A stretch of 64,000 nucleotides of DNA from the NCBI GenBank assembly GCA_964016885.1, contig OZ024751.1, positions 14,322,001 through 14,386,000 of the forward strand, given 5' to 3'. A program made the translations under genes and the position numbers. Shown here piece after piece: positions 35,621 to 47,359 of this stretch (positions are counted from its first letter, which is position 1; each line of letters starts with the position of its first letter). The stretch comes from Eledone cirrhosa. Its lineage: Eukaryota. The notes below the pieces were generated by a model. It ran no database searches. It had not been told where the DNA came from and saw nothing but the letters and a program-made list of their open reading frames with translations.

Positions 35621-35694
35621 TGCATGCATGCATGCATGTATGTATGTACGTATGTATTATGGCTGTGTGTGTATTCATGTGTGTGTGTGTGTGT

Positions 35695-35900
35695 GGAACC
35701 CGTAATTCCCGAGGGACTCGTAGGGGCGCCGTGTTGACAAACGGTGTTTCTAGATCTTTTAAAAATTTCTTTTAAACCTGGCAAAACCCATCTCCTCATG
35801 AGGTCTGAATACAGAAGATTTATTCCAGAGAAGGATAGAGAGAGTGGGAGGATGAAAATGAGAAAGAGATATAGAGGAAAAATCGACCCCAGTATTAGAC
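35695..35900 (-). mobile_element. Long SINE tail containing a single copy of the satellite monomer
   Basis: Minus strand: TACTGGGGTCGAT..CTCTATATCTCTTTCTCATTTTCATCCTCCCACTCTCTCTATCCTTCTCT..TCAGACCT..GGGAATTACGGG. Confidence 0.75.
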
Positions 35901-35992
35901 CTGCCAATCTCTAAAAACCCAAACGGGGCGTTCCATGAAAAAAAGTGCTCCAAAATTGGGAAAAATGAGGCAAAATAGAGATTTTACATAAT

Positions 35993-36097
35993 TATTTCTA
36001 CTTTTGGCACAAGGCCACCAATTATACCAGTGCATTACTGGTACTTTATTTCATCGACCCCGTAAGGATGAAAGGCAAAGTTAACCTCGGCGGGATT
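35993..36097 (-). mobile_element. 5'-truncated S1 SINE with 17-bp TSD
   Basis: TAGAGATTTTACATAAT at 35976-35992 and 36098-36114. Confidence 0.88.
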
Positions 36098-36214
36098 TAG
36101 AGATTTTACATAATAAAAGATATACTCATTTTCACAAGAGAATACATTTCTCACCCACCCCAAAGTGGGTGGGAGATCTCCCTCCTCGGACGGGGAGAGT
36201 TGACAGGTCTGCAG

Positions 36215-36372
36215 TACTATTCTGGTAGGTTTTTTTTTTTTTTAAATCAACCTCAAAAGGATGAAAGGCGAAGTTGACCTCGGCGGGATTTGAACTCAGA
36301 GATCCAAGAGTTGAAACGAATACCGCAAAGTATTCTATCCGACCTTCTAACGACTCTGCCAATTCCTCGCCT
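36215..36372 (-). mobile_element. Older tRNA-derived SINE
   Basis: GGATGAAAGGCGAAGTTGACCTCGGCGGGATTTGAACTCAG...CTAACGACTCTGCCAA. Confidence 0.8.
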
Positions 36373-37539
36373 TATAATCCTCAATATTGACCTCATATTA
36401 TTAGAGATTAAAAGCTGAAAACAAAAAGTAAATATTTTTATTAAAAATGGAGGTAACTGTACGAGTGAAAACAAATGAAACTACAAATCCGTCCTTTATT
36501 TCCCCTCTTTTAATTCCCTTCTATCATACATAATTTACCATGATATAATTGGTAATGAAGCTAGAGATATCGATAATGAAGCTATTGATTATACATACAT
36601 ACGTATACATATACATACATACGTATACACACATACATATCTATACACATACGTATATATATATATACACACACATAAACATACATATTTACACACATAT
36701 ACATACATATTTACACGCACGCACATACATACACGTGTATATATAATATATATCTATAGATATGTATACTCACACACTCATTCACACAAGTACATATACA
36801 TGTAATATATGTATACATGTTTGTATGTGAATATGTCATATATACACATAGAAACGTATATATATACATATACACACACACATATATTGTTTGTTCCGTG
36901 TAAGGGTATATAGAAAGATAGATATGATATGATAGATTTCTGATAATGAAAGTCTATTAGATGGAAATTTAATTATTTTCTTTCATTGTTCGTGTTGTTG
37001 TTGTTGTTACTATTGATATCATCAGACTTCAAAGAGCTGTTGAATTGTTAATGAAACTTATCGTTGAAAGGCTAGAGCTGCGGACATATCATGTTTGTTA
37101 ACAATAGATTGGCTGGCTAGCTGGGTTGGGCAAAAACTGTGTCTCTTGGGACAATTGGCCTGGTTATGTCGCTGATAGTGGTTGGAAAGTGTCGAGGTCT
37201 CTTTCATCACATCACCTCTCTCTCACGCACGCACACGGGCACGTACGTCACTACCATTATAACCACAGCAACCACCACCTCGACATAGTTATATTGTTTT
37301 AAACAAAACAACCAGACATTAGAGTTTCATTCTCTTCAACGCGCACAAGTTTTGCATGTTTATAAAGTCAGTGTTAACGTACTTAGCTCTAGTGAGCCAA
37401 GACATTTTAAACGATTAAAATTACACTAGTATTTAGCTTAATAATTCTGGTCAATAAAAGAAAGGGAGACAACCTTGAAATTTAAATAATTTTCTCCCAA
37501 AACCGTTGAAATTCTAAGAAGACCTCACGTTATTTTAAT

Positions 37540-37748
37540 CGTTTCTGATTTAGGCACAAGGCCAACAATTTTGGGAGAAGGAAAGTCGATTAAATCAACT
37601 TCAGTGGGTTACTGGTACTTTATTTTATCGACCCCTGTAAGGATGAAAGGCAAAGATAATCTCGTCGAGATTTGTACTGAGAACTTAAATGGTCGTAACT
37701 ATGTCGCAAAGCATGTTGTCCGACATTCTACCGATACTGCCAATCCTA
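37540..37748 (-). mobile_element. tRNA-derived SINE (S1-related)
   Basis: Head, body and tail motifs in reverse complement. Confidence 0.85.
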
Positions 37749-38221
37749 TAATTAATATGGTTTTAGTTCATGAGAATCTTAAGGAGTTTGAAAACTTGCA
37801 GGAATTTAAGGACCTTAAAAATTATGAAAACCTCAAGTACCATAATGATTATTAAGAGCCTGAAGGACTTTGAAGATTTTAAAGTATTCTGCGTATATAA
37901 AGGAGTTACGTAAAGTAAAAAGCAGATAGAAAGAGGCTATTGCTGTGTACTCATGTTGCTATGTATTAATATTTATTTTTACTTTTGGCACAAGGCTAAC
38001 AATTATCCCAGTGCATTACTGGTACTTTATTTTATCGACCCCGTAAGGATGAAAGGCAAAGTTATGTTGCCATCTATTAATATTGCCATGTACTAATACT
38101 GCCATGTACTAATGCTGTACCAGTAATGTCCTGGGGTTGATTTAATCGACTTTCCCCTCCTCTAAAACTGTTGGCCTAAATCAGAAACTATTATTTAGCT
38201 GGTGTATGGACCATAACTTAA

Positions 38222-38898
38222 CCCATTACATTTACATTACTCAATATTCACTATTATATTTTCATGGTAAACACTTTATTTTACATAATTATCTCATGAC
38301 TTTCGGAAACATTTTTTCACGCACAGAGTTGCTGAAGCATGGAACAAACTGCCTGCATCAGTTGTTAGCTGCCGAGATACTACATCCTTTAAAACTTTCA
38401 TGCTTCCTGAAATTCACCAACACTACACCTGATATCCCCCCTCCATACACATGCACACATGTATATCATGACTCATACACTGTTCACTTTCCTTGGCAGT
38501 ATCGGTAGAGGGTCGGACACCATGCTTTGCAGCATAGAGTTACGGCCCTTTCCAGTCTGAGTTCAAATCCTGCTACGGTTAACTTTGCCTTTCATCCTTA
38601 TGGGGTCGATAAAATAAAGTACCAGTAATGCACTGGGATAATTGCTGGCCTTGTGCCAAAAGTAGAAACAATTATTCTATGTACTATACATGCACCTTTG
38701 ATGAGTTGTAGTACACCTGAGCCCTGTACACAATAATTTCATTATTATTATTATAATATCGAATCTATGAGATTTTGATCTTATTTATTTTGAGAACAAT
38801 ACCTTAACATCAGTATAAACGGCTGGTTACAGCCAGTTTGAACAGAAAGAAGTGAGAGAATTCTGACCAGATACGACTGGTTTAAATGCTTAAAGGTT
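38222..38898. mobile_element. P1 MITE interrupted by a CR1-like 3' end (38295-38752), itself interrupted by an S1 SINE (38494-38675)
   Basis: MITE halves are colinear with 16312-16499; insert translates HDFRKHFFTHRVAEAWNKLPASVV and ends in (ATT)n. Confidence 0.85.
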
Positions 38899-39420
38899 GT
38901 TCCAGAAAATCATGATGACCTCACTAGTGCTGGTGCTATGGTTGCACTGTGATTCTCACTTTGTAGAGTGTGGAAACATATGTGAGATGGGTCTTGGACC
39001 CACCTGAGAGATCTAGGGCTTTAATTAAGTACTGGCCTATCTGATGACCCATCCAACCCCATTGCTAGCAGGGAAAACAGATGGTGATCAGGAAAAGGAG
39101 GAAGAAGAGAGAGGAGATAAGGAGGATATACACACCTTAAAATAAACAGTCTTATATTGTAGAACCAGAGGAGGTTTCAGATCGGTTGGTATCAAAAGCG
39201 TTAATTAATAATAACAGACATATCACTGGGATCTTGAGCAAGACACTCAACACTGACTGACCTATTCCATTTAACTGGCAGTAACAGTGATATAACACTG
39301 CAATCTTGAGCAAAAAACTCAACACTGTCTCACTCCTCGCAGTAGCAAATATAACACTGGGACTTTGGATAAGACACTCAGTACCTATTCTAGAATCGTG
39401 ATACACAATTATCTAAAGCA

Positions 39421-40594
39421 GATACACGCAGTGTTTCTAAAACTGGGATACACATAGTATTCCTAAAACTGGGATACACACAGTGTTCCTAAAACTGGGA
39501 TACACACAGTGTAACTAAAACTGGGATACACACAGTGTAACTAAAACTGGGATACACACAGTATTCCTAAAACTGGGATACACACAGTATTCCTAAAACT
39601 GGGATACACGCAGTGTTTCTAAAACTGGGATACATGCAGTGTTTCTAAAACTGGGATACATGCAGTATTTCTAAAACTGGGATACACAGTGTAACTAAAA
39701 CTGGGATACACACAGTGTAACTAAAACTGGGATACACACAGTGTTTCTAAAACTGGGATACACATAGTATTTCTAAAACTGGGATACACACAGTATTCCT
39801 AAAACTGGGATACACACAGTATTCCTAAAACTGGGATACACACAGTATCCCTAAAACTGGGATACACACAGTGTTTCTAAAACTGGGATACACACTGTTT
39901 CTAAAACTGGGATACACGCAGTGTTTCTAAAACTGGGATACACACAGTTTCTAAAACTGGGATACACACAGTGTTTCTAAAACTGGGATACGCACAGTGT
40001 AACTAAAACTGGGATACACACAGTGTTTCTAAAACTGGGATACACGCAGTGTTTCTAAAACTGGGATACACACAGTATTTCTAAAACTGGGATACACATA
40101 GTATTTCTAAAACTGGGATACACACAGTGTTTCTAAAACTGGGATACGCACAGTGTAACTAAAACTGGGATACACGCAGTGTAACTAAAACTGGGATACA
40201 CGCAATGTAACTAAAACTGGGATACACACAGTGTAACTAAAACTGGGATACACACAGTGTTTCTAAAACTGGGATACACACAGTATTCCTAAAACTGGGA
40301 TACACACAGTATTCCTAAAACTGGGATACACACAGTATTCCTAAAACTGGGATACACACAGTGTTTCTAAAACTGGGATACACATAGTATTCCTAAAACT
40401 GGGATACACACAGTATTCCTAAAACTGGGATACACACAGTATTCCTAAAACTGGGATACACACAGTATTCCTAAAACTGGGATACACACAGTATTCCTAA
40501 AACTGGGATACACACAGTATTCCTAAAACTGGGATACACACAGTATTCCTAAAACTGGGATACACACAGTATTCCTAAAACTGGGATACACACA
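39421..40594. repeat. 26-bp satellite (AAACTGGGATACACACAGTATTCCTA), about 45 copies
   Basis: Direct reading; variants GTGTTTC, GTATTCC, GTGTAAC. Confidence 0.97.
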
Positions 40595-40659
40595 ATATCT
40601 CAAATATCAGTATCAACACACATAAGTCAATATCAACTATAATGTATATCAAGTATTAA

Positions 40660-42093
40660 TCATCATCATCATCATCATAATCATTGTCGTTATCATCATC
40701 GTCTAACGTCTATCTTCCATGCTAGCATGGGTTAGACGGGAATTGTCCCACTTGAGGCAAGATTGGTCGGGTGACCGTGTCTCGCTCATATAGGACTATC
40801 TGGCAGGTTTTCTATGGCTAGATACCCTTCCTAACACCAACCACATTTACAGTGTGGACTGGGAACTTTTTACCATGTTACCTACATGGCCACATTACAG
40901 TGTGGACTGTGTGTTTTTATGTTGTGACACACCTACACGACCTTATTAGTTTGGACTGGATGTTGCGGTAGCAACATAACTTTACAGAGAAAGGTTGGTG
41001 TTGGTGGGAGTGAGAGGATGGAGTAGGGGTAGTGGGTTGGGGTGTATATTTGGTTAAGAGGTGCCTATTGACTGTAGGTTTCGCTTTGTACATAGGCAAG
41101 GCGGGTCTTCTGTATTACTGTGTGGCGCCAAAGATCTCGGTCCAGTGACATTATCTTAGAGAAGTGCAAGTGTGTAAGGTCGGAATTTATCAAATCGTCC
41201 CAGGTTTTTCTGGGTCTACCTACTCCGTAACTTCCTTCAATTTTGATCGCCCTGCACTTTTTTATACAGCTGTTGTCTTTCATGCGCATCACGGGACCAT
41301 ATCAACGTAGTCTTCTCTGAAGTAAACAGCATCTGATCCCTCTTGTTCCTAATTTCTCACTTAGTTCATTTATGTTTTGCCGTTCGCGTATATTACTATT
41401 ACACATCCAATGGAGCATGCATGTTTCATTCCTTTCCAGTCTGCGCAGGTCCTTGGCACACAATGCCCATGTAACATTGCTGTTCGTATACAGGCATCAC
41501 ACAATCTGCCTTTCATTTTTAGAGAGAAACCTTTTGTGGCCAACAGCGGTATAAGCTCTCTGAACTTTTTCCATCCTGTTCTGACTCTGGCTACTGTACT
41601 TTCAGAGCACCCTCCACCAATGCTGATTTTGTCACCCAGGTAACAGAAAGTGTCCACTATTTCTATAGAACCATCTGGGCAATAGAAGGAGCTAGTATCC
41701 TGTGGGCACTTGCTACTTATTGCACCTGAGCATTGGCCACATAAAATCTACATTCTTAGATAGCTTACCTGTGATCCCACTACATCTTTTATGTACCCAT
41801 AGTTTGCATTTGGGACATAAAATGGAATTTCTACCTTTCCTACACACTGAGCATGGCCATTTTCCAAAGGGCACCTGTACCCTATTTTCCTTTCTACATA
41901 CTAGAACTTTAGTCTTAGACAAATTAAATTTAAGGCCTTTTGATTCTAGGCCATGCTTCCATGTTTGGAATTTTTTCTCTAGTTCAGCCATAGATTCAGC
42001 TATGAGAGTTAGATCATCTGCATACAAAAGTTCCCATGGGCAGCTGGTCTTAAACTCCTCTGTTATAGCCTGAAGGACAATAATAAATAGGAG
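40660..42093 (-). mobile_element. RTE family R1, copy C (older, frameshifted, 5'-truncated)
   Basis: Fragments LLYADDL..CSVCRK..CPKCKLWVHKRC..FCYLG..GRPRKTW in several frames; same 3' UTR as copies A and B. Confidence 0.92.
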
Positions 42094-42099
42094 GTGATC

Positions 42100-42320
42100 A
42101 TTGGATGATGAAGTACCAGGAGATCCTAGTGGAAGGAAGCTGCAGTAGTGAAAGACCAAGGAAGAATTAGGTAGAGATGGTGAGAGCTGATCTCAAATTA
42201 CTGAACCTCACAGGTTCTGATGAAGGAATACTACAGACAGAAGGAAGATATGCTGAAAAAATCCGTCCAACCCATGCAAACAGAAAAAAGAGGAGAAAAA
42301 ACAATGTAAAATGATGACAG
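42100..42320 (+). mobile_element. Old RTE 3' fragment, head-to-head with copy C
   Basis: VEGSCSSERPRK..MVRADLKLLNL then CCGTCCAACCCATGC tail motif. Confidence 0.6.
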
Positions 42321-43409
42321 TGATAGGAAGGTCATGCAACAGTAGAAAACCTGCCAAATAAAGGTTGGGAAGACTCTTCAGCTGTGTCAAAGGCATGACA
42401 ACCTCCCTAGTGCTGGTGTCATGATAAAATTCCTTCCATAGAATGTGGAATCATATGTAATTGAGTTGCAGGCTACTGGCCCGTCTGAGCACTAATCAGA
42501 CTGTGGGGAATGTAAGTGAAATGCATGCTCCCTACCTATCCATGGGCAGGGAGCATGCATTGCTCTGCTTGAGTACCAGCCTAGTCTGTTGGTGACCTGT
42601 CCAACTCTTGCTAGCAGGGAAAGGATACTAAATGATGATGATGATATTTCAACTATCACATCGACATTAATGTGTACTCACAAACCTAACTCAATCCCTG
42701 AATTGGTCATAAATTCAGTTACCAGGCAATCAAACACTCAAATTTCCATATAAATCAGAGAGAGAGAGAGATACAATTACAAGTTGTTTATTAAATAACC
42801 CTGTCCTTATTGACATGTTTTATTATATTTTTATAGTCTTTGATATGTTCTTGTTTCCTTATTTCATTATATTTCATTACCTGAACTGTGTTCACCTTTG
42901 TCAAAGTACCTCCTATATCAGAAATCTGACACCCATCCCTCCTTCTACCTCTCCTTAACCCTCATATCAAGCATCTGCACTTCAGATTTTCCACCTTTAT
43001 TATCTTCACCTTCAGCTTTTTAAGAATTGTACTGCTTCTTTAACCCTGTCATGAATATATTTCTAATGAAATACAATCTATTGCACTTAATTAATGGAGA
43101 AGTATGAGTGATTTATTCAAATTATTAATTATTGCATTACTAAGATAGTAACTTAATATAATCGACTTTTCCCTTCAGCCAAATTGCTGGCCTTTTGCGA
43201 ATGTCAGAAAGAAGTACTGTATATAGTTCAATATAAGTCGAGGAAAATGTGATCCCCCTCCAAAAATATTGATGATAAAGTATGTGTGTATGTGTGGTGG
43301 TGAGACATTAGTTTGATGATTTTTACCAACTTCAAATTCTATATAAATAAGGTTTGGATTTTTGCCCATTTCTCAGACATAAAAGAGTGGGGTCAGTTTA
43401 TATTTGAGA

Positions 43410-43815
43410 ATATATGGTAACAACAACCCTGAGCACCTTTTTGAATTCCATATGCCTAACACCCATGGACATGCTTACAAAATCAGAAAACAGCACAGCT
43501 TCCATGATTTTCGGAAATATTTTTTCATGCTCAGAGTTGCTGAAGCATGGAACAAACTACCTGCATCAGTTGTTAGCTTTTGGGACACTGCATCCTTCAA
43601 AACTTCCATGCTTCCCGAAATTTGCCAAAACAACACCTGATATGCCCCTCCATACACATATATGCATGTATTTGTGTGTCTGTGTGTATATCATAACTCA
43701 TACACTGTTCACTTTCCTGACATTTGTACATTATTCTATGTACTATATATGCACCTTTGATGAGTTGTAGTGCACCTGAGCACTGTACACAATTTTTATT
43801 ATTATTTCATATTAT
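43410..43815 (+). mobile_element. CR1/L2-group LINE 3' end
   Basis: THGHAYKI..FRKYFFMLRVAEAWNKLPASVV..SFK; 3' UTR matches 38435-38752; (ATT)n tail. Confidence 0.85.
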
Positions 43816-43886
43816 TATCATTTTTATTGCTATGATTAATTGTTGTTGTCTATATATATGTCTATTCCTCAGCTTCATACTACCAT

Positions 43887-45011
43887 ATGTCAGTCACAAT
43901 GTCACCAACAAGTATTGACAGAGATCTCACTGCAGTTGTCATCAACCTCAAAGAACAACGTTGCCTCCAAAAATGTCTACATACCATTGATATGGAGAAG
44001 AAGTATGCTACAAAACTTTTTGAAATCGACCTGCGAATTCTGAAAATGTATCTTAAACGACTCAAAGAGAGAATTTCACACATCAAATCTAACCTTACAG
44101 TTGAAGAAATATGTCAGGTAAAACAGTTGGAATCTGAAGGTAAACTTGATCGGTTTCTCTCTCCTGTACTTTCAAATAGCGCTGTGAAAATCGCTGCTGC
44201 TTACAGATGTTTGAAGTTAGATCCAAACGCGAGAATCCAGGATTCTTTAAAGACCTCGGTGAAAGATTTTCTTCTTGGTGAAGCTGAAAGCTTTTCCAGT
44301 TCTTCTGTAAATTCTGAAGAAAGCCTTCGAGAACTAACGTATACAGGTAGGCATCAGAAGCAAGAAGAAATTAACAGAAATAATAACACCCGATGCCGAC
44401 CATCAACATCAGCTTGGAGTAAAAGAGGCAGAAAAGTGGATAGATCTTCTCGACCCATGACAGCACCCACCTCTGTCAATACACAATTTTCTTCACATGC
44501 AGAACAAAGCAATTCTGACTTAGATTATTTTAAAAATATCGAGACAGCATGGCTAACGACATTTGACGAAGATGTTAATATCGCAGGTAATTTTGGTGAA
44601 AACCAGTTTGAAGAGAACCGAAGGAAATACCTCAAGACTGAACTCAACAGAAGTAAAGATCTCAACAAGGAAACAAAAAATTTTCTTGACGGTTTGAACA
44701 GTTTTATATCTAAATCTGATAAAACTTCAAAATTAGACGTAGAGAAATTAGAGGTTCCGGAAGGAGACTCAACATTGGGAGAAAACACGTTAGATCCTTA
44801 CAACAAGCACCTCACAAAGACTAAAGATTTACTTCATTTTAACCCGGCAGTGGACTCAAAAGAAGATTATCAAGAAAAGCTCATCGGAGTTTGGAAAGAC
44901 CTAAACAAGTGTCGTTATCTACGAGTTTCAGACGACATGATAGATTTGTCGGGGGTGGTCACATTAGCAAAGGATCACATGAAACAGTTTGCTAGTTTAC
45001 ATGACTTATAA
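43887..45011 (+). CDS. 374-aa uncharacterised protein with N-terminal coiled coil and C-terminal LxxCRYLR motif (possibly CCDC190-like)
   Basis: Only long non-repetitive ORF; protein-like composition; acceptor TTCCTCAG at 43872 just upstream of the ATG. Family call is from motif recall only. Confidence 0.85.
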   Translation: MSVTMSPTSIDRDLTAVVINLKEQRCLQKCLHTIDMEKKYATKLFEIDLRILKMYLKRLKERISHIKSNLTVEEICQVKQLESEGKLDRFLSPVLSNSAVKIAAAYRCLKLDPNARIQDSLKTSVKDFLLGEAESFSSSSVNSEESLRELTYTGRHQKQEEINRNNNTRCRPSTSAWSKRGRKVDRSSRPMTAPTSVNTQFSSHAEQSNSDLDYFKNIETAWLTTFDEDVNIAGNFGENQFEENRRKYLKTELNRSKDLNKETKNFLDGLNSFISKSDKTSKLDVEKLEVPEGDSTLGENTLDPYNKHLTKTKDLLHFNPAVDSKEDYQEKLIGVWKDLNKCRYLRVSDDMIDLSGVVTLAKDHMKQFASLHDL

Positions 45012-45569
45012 GCTTGAAATTTTTTTTTCATGTTATTATTTATTACATATATATATATATATTTTTTCTGTGAGGTCTCAAATAATCTCTCCCTGCCCCC
45101 ACTTATTAATTTTTCAGATTTTCCCCCACCCCACTTCCATTTATTTTATTTTAAGTGGTAACATTCCTGTGACAATTTTCTTTAGACATTATACATGACC
45201 AAAAAAGTACATTACTAGAAATCCCATAGCTTATAATATAAATAAGATGGGTTGGTATCTCAATATGTAAACTAAATGATTAATTCTGGTTTTTCCAAAC
45301 CACTCCACCATCTCTGCTTATTCGACCCCCCCCCCTTGTTATTTGGGACTCGAGAGTATCATTAATGCTTTATTTTATTATTGCTCATAACAAATGATAT
45401 ATATTCCCCCCAGATGAGACAGAATAGGGTGTAAAAAACGTGGAAATTAATATTCAGGCTGACTATTTACAGCTCAATTTAATGTGAACTGTTGGGAGGG
45501 AGGTGAATGGAATTTGGCAGCTGTCAGTTGGGAGAAGAGGAATTGTTTGTGACACATTTGGTGTGGTGT

Positions 45570-45790
45570 TGAGAGAGAGAGAGAGAGAGAGAGTGGAAGA
45601 GAGAGAGAAAAGAGTGGAAGAGAGAGAGAAAAGAGTGGAGATAGAAAAGAGTGGAGAGAGAAAAGAGTGGAGAGAGAAAAGAGTGGAGAGAGAAAAGAGT
45701 GGAGAGAGAAAAGAGTGGAGATCTGGAGAGATAGAGGGTGGTAGTGGTGATGGCGCATCTAGAGAGAGATAGAGTGCAGAAGAAAGAGTA
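45570..45790. repeat. Purine-rich repeat (AGAGAGAAAAGAGTGG-like units)
   Basis: Direct reading. Confidence 0.85.
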
Positions 45791-46064
45791 TCTGGAGAGA
45801 TTGATATGGGTTCTATAGGAAAAGATTCAATGTCAGATAGAAATCAACTTCCAGCTAGCAACTGCTTCAAAGTTATACAGTATCAATACATAATCACTTC
45901 AGTATCATGTTATCTCTACAGTCAACATCATTTTACATCTTTTCCATGCTAGCATGGGTTGGACAAGTTATTACATTCCCAGTTGGAAGAAAAACTTACT
46001 TGTACTGTATGTTCTAATATTTGGTATGGTTTCTACAGCCAGATGTCCTCCCTAACACTAACCT

Positions 46065-46625
46065 CTTTACAGAATGTACTGGGTGCACCCTATATCGTGG
46101 CCCCAGCCCTAGAGAAGTTATTGTGTCCTTCACAACACCAAAGAGCCCTCTCTTTTCTCTGTTGTCTCTGATTCAATTGCCAACCATTTTACAGAGTGTA
46201 CTGGGTGCACCCTATACCGTGACACCAGCACTAGCGAGGTTGTGTGTCCTTCACAGCACTAAAAAGCCCTCTCTTCTCTATGTTGTTTCCGATTTAATTG
46301 CTAACCATTTTACAGAGTGTACTGGGTGCATTTATTATGACACCAGCCCTAGAGATGTTCTGTCCTTGTCAAGACAAAAGAGCCCTCTTTACTCTATGTT
46401 GTCTCTGATTTAATTCTCAATCTCTTTGCAGGGTGTACTGGGTGCACCCTATATCATGACACCAGCCCTCGAGAGGTTGTTTTGTCCTTGATAAGACAAA
46501 AGAGTCCTCTTTACTCTATGTTGTCTCTGATTTAATTACCAACCACTTTACAGAGTGTACTGGGTGCATCTTATGGTGGTGTTAAGACTAAAGAGGTTGC
46601 CTTACTCTTACATGACAAAAGAATC
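46065..46625. repeat. Five degenerate ~120-bp tandem units derived from an RTE-tail SINE
   Basis: CAG(A/G)(G/A)TGTACTGGGTGCA at ~46070, 46192, 46313, 46429 and 46551. Confidence 0.85.
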
Positions 46626-46722
46626 TTCTCCACTATTTCAAGGCAGAGGCGACCAGGTGTATAATTTGAAAGGGAGTGATAGTCAAGAAGTTAAATAAGA
46701 GCATGAGTGTGGAGGTGAGAGT

Positions 46723-46862
46723 AGTGAAGGGGTGTGTGACAGGGGAATAGTGAAGGGGTGTGTGACAGGGGAATAGTGAAGGGGTGTGTGACAGGGGAAT
46801 AGTGAAGGGGTGTGTGACAGGGGAATAGTGAAGGGGTGTGTGGCAGGGGAATAGTGAAGGGG
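46723..46862. repeat. 26-bp G-rich minisatellite (AGTGAAGGGGTGTGTGACAGGGGAAT), about 5.4 copies
   Basis: Direct reading. Confidence 0.93.
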
Positions 46863-47158
46863 GTAGTGGGGTAGGGCAATAATAGCTACTACACGCTGGT
46901 TGTTGGTAAGTAGTTGAACAATAGAGATGACAAAAGAGATAAGGGGGTGGCGGCATTGTAGTAAAAGAGAGAGGGAGGGCTACTATGGACAACAATAGAG
47001 AAGTATGGTGGGTGAAAGTGGTGGATAACAGCTAATAGTCTCAGTGGGGGTAGAAAGTGAGTGTATGGGTACAAAGTTTATATAAAACCAAGGAAAAGTA
47101 TGTGAATAAATATATGATGCCATCAGCACCCCATCACCATACACACATACACAAACTC

Positions 47159-47359
47159 TCAGCACCCTTGAATTTTTTTTAGAAGAGCTCTCCTCTCCCT
47201 CCTCTTGGTCTGAATGAGGTCCTGTTTCACCTTGCAAATTTTTTCCTTAATTAAAGTGCTATAATGAAGGACTTTATCAAAAACATCAACCCTATTGTTG
47301 TCGACGTTTTGTAATGTATATTTAAAGTTTTCGAAATGTGTGAACTTATTCGACATCAT
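47159..47359 (-). other. Unique short ORF / possible exon (66 aa)
   Basis: Non-repetitive, CpG-containing, plausible composition; no homology recognised. Confidence 0.15.

Noticed and set aside
39421-40594. CRISPR-like appearance (constant part plus variable part)
   Set aside because: The variable part is only ~6-8 nt with a few recurring variants. There are no unique spacers and no cas genes, and the context is eukaryotic.
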